Shown: positions 57,404-64,000 of the stretch, one piece after another
Layout of the letters: each line of letters opens with the position of its first letter
Position numbering within the stretch: the first letter of the stretch is position 1
Source: Phoronis australis
Lineage: Eukaryota > Animalia > Phoronida
Assembly (NCBI GenBank): GCA_002633005.1
Contig: NMRA01000130.1
Location: 680,082-744,081, forward strand
DNA: 64,000 bases
Direction of reading: 5' to 3'
Position numbers and translations under genes: made by a program
Notes under the pieces: generated by a model
Told to the model about the DNA's origin: nothing
Database searches by the model: none
Seen by the model: only the letters and a program-made list of their open reading frames with translations

Positions 57404-58933
57404 GGTTTCTCATGCTGCTCGAAGAGTAAATTATAAGTTCGGTAACACTTGGAACCCTAAAAACGAAAACTTCACAAGATACTACTTTAGATATTTCTGT
57501 GTATTTTAAATGAGAACTCGTGAATAATTTTTGCTAGATTTTCACGAGGTCCTAGCGTTACTGAACACAGGTTGCACCGCGCATGCGTGGGAGTTTTTTG
57601 CATTTGTTTGTTCTGGTGTTGTTTATATATAGGGGTAAGGGTTGCATGCTTCATTAGTACAAATCGTAAGTCGACTACTTTGAGCACCAAAATCTTCCAA
57701 ACAAATTTCCATCTACATTAGGTACCCATTCTCCTTGAGTGAAAAATCAAGAAATTTTCCATATCAGAATCTAATCTACAGCCAACCTTGTCAAGCAAGC
57801 CTTTTGTGTTGGTACACAATGCTATGGTTAAGCTGGTCAGAGCTTACAGTCACACTAAGAAATCAACAGGTGAAAGTTAAGACTAATTTAATCTGAAAGT
57901 CAACGGTTTTTCTCCATTTGAAGTGTTTTGGTGAAATTTAATTTCATGCAAAAAACATCTGCTTTGCAACATTTGCTGAAAGTCGTTTGCAAAATGCAAA
58001 TAGTATTTTTAAGTATCGGTTAGCGTCAGGCTTGCTCAGATACAGTGGGTCATGTAAAGCCATCTAGATGTATTTCGAAAGTTTGCAATTTCCTTAAAAT
58101 ATAGCCAAAATGTTCAAGCACCACCTGAACTCTAATATCATACTAAAATCATATACCTTGGACAAATAATTACAAATACATGTTTTTATAGCCCAATCTA
58201 GGAACCAATCTTGGTTCCTAGACCCAATGGGGAAAGTGTCACATTATTTACTGTGCTAAAACTTAATCCTCTATTTTTCGACCAACTTGCATATAAGAGT
58301 CTATCATTAGAAAGCCTATCACCAGCTCTTGCTGTTGTGTTGTTATACCAAAAGCAAAAAAATGATTTACTTCTAAATATAATTTTGGATACATGACAGC
58401 TTTAAAATATATTTTTTAATTCTAAAAACCAAAAGTGTTATCAAGAAATTAGAATAATGGAACTCTTCGTGTACTAGTTGTTTATTATTTAATTATTTAC
58501 TCATCTAATTAATAGAAAAGTTAATTAATTTAGGGTACGATTGTAAGATAAAACGGGAATAAACTGGAGACGCTATACAAATGACTAATTAAACCAGCGA
58601 GGAAATATCATGGTTCAAAAGATTGCTATCAGATGAAGAAGATTTTGCACTAGAACTCCCTCACAGTTGCTGTGAAGAACTGAGTCAAGCACTGATCCAA
58701 AATTAGACATCTCTATGTATTAAATGGACCTTTGGTGCCGTTTAAAGTAATACAGTTGCAGCAGTATAAATAACACTCGCAATCAGGCCCTAAACATAAC
58801 ATCTGGAACAAAACTGTTGACATGACACTTAATTCTGTCTCAGTTTTCAAATGCTAAATACATAGTCTGCAACTCAGGCTCCGATTCCTCGGTAACTACA
58901 ATATCAAATATTGTTGTCATTTAACTACTTTCA

Positions 58934-59067
58934 CACGGGCGGCGCAGCAGTGAAAAAAGTGGGGGGCAAAAGCCCCCTCAGCCCCCTGTGGTGCACCACC
59001 TATTTACCATGTGCGGCGTAGAACTGAAAAAGTGGGGGTCTACAGCCCCCTCTGGTGCGCCGCCCAT
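58934..59067. mobile_element. MITE-like element
   Basis: CACGGGCGGCGCAGCAG ... CTGGTGCGCCGCCCATG termini; internal duplicated AAAAAGTGGGGG...AGCCCCCT. Confidence 0.5.
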
Positions 59068-59294
59068 GTTTCAGGAGATGTTACAAGCTGCACGGTTACC
59101 GTCGTTTTCATCTTTGTTATCCCCTTTCAAGTAATAAATGGTTACATTTAAAACTTTCTTTTACTAGACAAAACTTGCAACCTAACTCGCAAGTACATAC
59201 AATAGGATGTGATCCGCCACGTGAACTGTCTGAGAAGCATTTAAAAATCTGTTGAAAAAATGGGAAATTTAATTCGAAGCGCATGTGATAACTA

Positions 59295-59437
59295 CAAAAC
59301 CTACCTCGATTGGCGTACGTGAAGTACCCCGCTCGACATTAGTTCGCGTAGCGCACGAAACGGAGGTCGATACGCGAACTAATGTCGAGTGGGATATTAC
59401 TTGTCATTCATGAACGCCACTCTAGGTAAGTTTTGTG
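59295..59437. mobile_element. Palindromic non-autonomous element upstream of the THAP gene
   Basis: Perfect 19-bp inner arms CTCGACATTAGTTCGCGTA (59332-59350) and TACGCGAACTAATGTCGAG (59371-59389); diverged outer arms ACAAAACCTACCTCGATTGGCGT / ACGCCACTCTAGGTAAGTTTTGT. Confidence 0.55.
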
Positions 59438-59860
59438 TATATATCGCCTTTAACCAGCCCGTGTCCACGGCCTGCATTAAATTTGTTCACTGGGAAGCTC
59501 GGCGTAACATTCCAAACAGAATAGCCTACTCAAAACGAACGTGCGGAGCATCGCTGTGCGTTCGGCTCAGCGACTATTTCATAGTTTACACACTAGACGT
59601 CGCGAATGTTTGTTTACTCTCGAGGTCAAGGTGTGATCTAGTAGGAATCACAACTTAACGAATTCCTATGTGAAGTTCATGCTCACTAACTGACCAGTTG
59701 TCAAATAAGAAAGACCACAAGCACTCGGGCGATATGCTAATGAACTGATTGCATATTACGAGTATTTCTTGGTCGATACATACTACGTAGAATCGGGACG
59801 CAGGCAGCCAATCACAGCGTTAGTAATTCTTCATTGTCTTACGACTATACGAGCATTATG

Positions 59861-59941
59861 CCATAGGAATAAAACAAGCATCAATCTGGCGACCATAATG
59901 CCATTATGGTCGCCAGATTGATGCTTGTTTTATTCCTATGG
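59861..59941. repeat. Perfect palindrome, 40-bp arms with a 1-nt spacer
   Basis: CCATAGGAATAAAACAAGCATCAATCTGGCGACCATAATG-C-CATTATGGTCGCCAGATTGATGCTTGTTTTATTCCTATGG, checked base by base. Confidence 0.95.
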
Positions 59942-59949
59942 TATAAATA

Positions 59950-62736
59950 ATGGTGAGGCGTTGCGTTTGTGGTGGTTGTTGCAGCTCAGTATATGAGCAT
60001 GCTGTAGCGCTTTTTGCTTTCCCGCGAAAGGTCAGACAAGCGCGGATGTGGCACAAGTTTGTACTAGAAACTCGCGCGACGTGGGACAAGACCGTGGAAG
60101 AAGCTGTGCAGGCAGGCTCACTGATCTGCTCTGATCATTTTGAAGAAACTTGTTTCGATAAATCTGCCCTTACGCGCTTCAGTCTGGGGTTCACCAAGGT
60201 GTAAGTACTCAGTCTAGAATGTGTGGTTAAAAATGTCGGCCTTGTGCGGACTTTGACTCTTACAGCTATAGCCTTGGTACACTGAAGTCATCATACAGCT
60301 AACTGGCTGGCTATTACAGCTATAGCCTTTTGGGCAAGTTTTGGCTTCTGTACGGTCCCTGGTAATAAGCTTATGGTGCAGTAATCCAGTTAGGCAACAC
60401 GTAGCCCCTCGGTTGGCAGCATCCAGGGCGATGTAATTGCCTATAATCCAGTTAGACGCTGGTTAGTTGTTGGTTATCTTGCGTGACGTACCCGGACTCG
60501 TAGATTTGATTTCCTGTATTTTGAAATTCGTACTTTTTTGGGAATGTACTATCGCCCCTGTATGCCTGCGACCTGGCCGTGCGCATGGTTCCGGTGGGTG
60601 ATGTTGAGGCACAGCAGCTCTTAAACTTAATTTTCAGTCATGGTGTAAATGATGCGATCATGACATGGATTTGATGAATGTATCGCAGTTGATAATTCGA
60701 TATTCCTGATTCATGATAGTCGTTTAAAAATGCAAATGCGTACTCATTTTCTGTATTCGTTAGATATGCTGGCAATTTTGAATTCGCATGACATTCGGGC
60801 GTTGTTTTGGGAATCAGGTATACACACGAGTCAGTACATCTAATAACCGAAGTATCGTTTATTTGTGCATGTAAAAGTATAAAAATTACACCCGAGTCTA
60901 ATATTTAGATATTTTTGGAGTAGTGAACCTAATTCAGAGCAGTGAACATGCGAAGTAGTGAACTTTGGAATTGGGAACCGTAAGTGAACTTTCGGAATAA
61001 TGGGGTTTTCCATTTCCAACAATGTCAGCAACACGCACTAATTAAGCTCAAGGGCCTTACAGAAAACTCTACAGAGTCGACGTTTGCAAAATATCAAAGG
61101 TCCGCTGTTCTCGGAATTCGAATCACCCCCCACATAATTCTGGCTGCAGGCCTAGTTTTACCAAGGTGTATGACGAATTCTATTGTCCATGCTTCTCTTT
61201 GTGGTATGACACTTCTACATGGTGAGCAGGTCAGGTGTTATGTTTGTGGTAGATGCAACTTGTCGCGTGTAGACATTAACTTTTGACACAGCGCAAGATT
61301 ATCTAGTGTCCGTAGTAAGTACGTCCACCGTCTAGATAAGAAATAGAGACGTCATGGCAGACATCATGGAAGACGTCATGGCCATTCCATAGGCACTTCA
61401 TACACCGTAAGCTTTTCGGGGATTCCTCGCAAATTGCTTAAACTGTCAAAGTCACGTTTCTATAAATTCCTTTCCCGCACTGAGGATCACCTTAGGAGGC
61501 TGTTGATATCTTTAATTCCATCCAGCTCGAAAAAATATTCCCATTATCTGCGCTGCTTTGGGTTAATTTCCCCTTTTGAAAATAATATGCAAGTTAAAAA
61601 TAACTAGTGGTCTTTGTGTGTCTGGCGTCCGTTGCTCTATCTGAAAAAACCCTTTTATATATGTTCATGAAATTTTGCTGATGTGATTCTTTCATTGATG
61701 AGACAACATGAGTGAACTTTCAGATGGATTTGAGTACCGGTGTGCCCCCTATTGGCAATTTTATTTTTTACGTTTGCCTTTATCTTTGAAGTTCATTGAC
61801 GGATTGTCATGAAATTTGGCGAATAATTTTGAGAGACAATACCTTCCCATTTTTGGATAGGTTCAAATTGTATTCTGTGCCATCTTTTGGCCACGTTTCA
61901 TGCTAGACCGTTTGCGGTATATCAGTGGGCGCATTTCAACGTTCTGCTACCTCTGTGTTGCTCTTGTTATAGAAATAGTTTTATGGTAAAAATTAGTAGT
62001 TGAGTTTATCCTCAACACTAACTTTATGTCAAGTTACTGTCTTTGTAACTTGGAATTGGTAAGTACGGTACAATCATGGCCTATACTTGGGAAAGTAGGT
62101 CACCCAGCGAAATCTTTGGCTTATATGTTTGCACTCTTGTATATGACAATTGAATATGCGAATGTTAGGCCAGTGAGGGGAGGTAGTGGGTCGGTAAAGT
62201 TGAAGAATTTGGACTCGTATGTCTATGTAGGCTAACTGACGCAAAGAAATTGAACTAAAACATGACATTACAAACAGGAAATTCGTATAGACACGTGACA
62301 ATCAACAAACAACCTTTGATATCTGAGAGCTGACCAGACTCACAGCATGTAATGACACATACCAATATTGAAGCCTTGCACAATGGAATTGGTGGACCTT
62401 TCTGAAATGGAAAAAGGGTGGTGTAAGGCAAAATAGGCCCATGTGCTCACATATTTAACCAGTGAAATACCATTTTTGTATTAATTTAATTTTAGAAAAT
62501 GTATAATTTCCCAATATCTCGTTTTTAAGGTTACTTCCATCCTGCGATTGGGTAATGTTATGCTCTCTTAGTGTCAAATTACTGCAATGTTTTTTTTCAG
62601 TCGCTTACGGCTAAAACCGCAGTCTGTACCCACTTTACATAAGCCCTATCCCCAGCGCTACACAGAATGGCTGAACAATGAAAATGAGAATACTCAGGGA
62701 AAAAGTGCCATCAGCAACTTGGAGAGAAGTGACGAG
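59950..62736 (+). CDS. THAP-domain protein, first two exons (3'-partial)
   Basis: Exon 59950-60200 (donor GT|GTAAGT, phase 2) plus exon 62601-62736 (tttttttcag acceptor, GAG|GTAAAT donor) give MVRRCVCGGC...LFAFP...W...LICSDHFEETCF...TKVRLRLKPQSVPTL: the C2CH residues, conserved P/W/F and the AVPT-type box of THAP domains. Confidence 0.85.
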
Positions 62737-64000
62737 GTAAATGGCCATCAGCTGATACTCCCTTTGGGAATTAGCGGTGGGTGGAAAAGTGTATCAGGTG
62801 AAGTGGCACTATTTTCAATCACTAACCATGATGAGTGCCTAGAGTCCCGTCCACACTTACCCTAATACATTTTGCTTTAGTACAACTTGCCCTATGTTAA
62901 GGGGAGTGTCCACACACACACACATATCCGATAACTAGGATAAGGCTGAAGTTGTTTCTCTGTACATGACAATGGACAGCTGATGCAAATACGGCGTGCA
63001 AATAAAGATTTGGCAGTATGTAACCGCAACAAATAATTACTTCCGCCTTGCTCCAGGTTTGCGGCTACACAGGAATTAGAAGTGATGCAAGTTACCCTAG
63101 ATTGGCCTAGAATAAGTAAACCTTCCTCGATTAGGTACAGTAAGTTGTCACAAGTAGGGCAAGTTGCACTACCGGTAGTTTAAATAAAGTCCACACAGCA
63201 CTCAAACCTAGCGACAACTTGTTCCAGGAGTAACTTGTTCTAGGGCAAGTCTGTGTGTGGCAGCACTTAGTCACAAAGCAATTTTAGCTGGCAGGCACGA
63301 GTTCTTTTGTTTGTTTGTGTACTACTTTCTCTTTGAGTGTCCAGAAAATTGAAGGATATGTCAGGCCTTTTTTCAAAAATGGGCATTTTTATAATGTTCC
63401 ACATACGTTCTTGGGGAATATCTTATCTTCATCCTCAGTTAACTTCGAATACAAAGTATATGATATGCAGTGAGAAAAAAAGATTTTGCAGAACCGCATC
63501 CAACTGTGTGGAGATTTGTTTACTACATAGCAAGGTTCAAGGATTACAGAAATGTACTCGAAGCAATACAGATTGTGAGCTATATAGTGTTCTTAATTTT
63601 GACAAAATGTGTGGACTGATTTAACTTTCAGAAATATTTCTCACTGTTAGTAGCAATTATAAAAATCTCAAAACTGATATTAGGATTTCTTGAGTTTCTC
63701 AATAGTTCGTTTATTGAAACCATATCCAGTGGATGAAAAGACACGCTTTCTTACTCTAAGTTCTGTATGTGTAGCGTTAAGTAGAAATGAAGAAATTCTT
63801 GAATGATTTAGAATAAAATGGAATTTATTATCTTTCGCAAAACTTGTATCCGTGCGTGTATTACATCAGGTAAAGCCTAAAACAGTGCACTTTAAGCATT
63901 TTTTCTTATATTTTCTGATTTCTATTATGAGAATGTCATATGTTAGCTTAAACAAAAAGGTCAAGTAGCTTGCTGCGGCCACCCCTTTGAATAGTGCTGT

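Overview
Intron-rich animal genomic DNA, probably an invertebrate. The window holds: (1) the 3' part (39 coding exons, 262-32840, +) of an axonemal inner-arm dynein heavy chain, DNAH7-like; (2) an intronless CREBZF/Zhangfei-like bZIP CDS (40599-41429, -) head-to-head with (3) a complete six-exon UBE2Z-like E2 gene (41757-51049, +); (4) a first coding exon with an AT-hook plus a ZNF692/ZNF653-like N-terminal motif (56913-57094, +); (5) the first two exons of a THAP-domain gene (59950-62736, +, runs out of the window); and many MITE-like palindromic elements, a tRNA-derived SINE and a LINE fragment. The most interesting signals are in RNA processing and local structure. Frame-preserving 6-, 12- and 27-nt candidate microexons sit in the two longest dynein introns. 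A 45-bp duplication doubles a dynein splice acceptor. Downstream of CREBZF lies an apparently spliced, structured non-coding region with a long-range duplex, stacked AG/GT sites and a strand-specific hairpin. A perfect 81-bp palindrome sits just before the THAP start codon. All calls come from reading the sequence; no alignments or searches were run.
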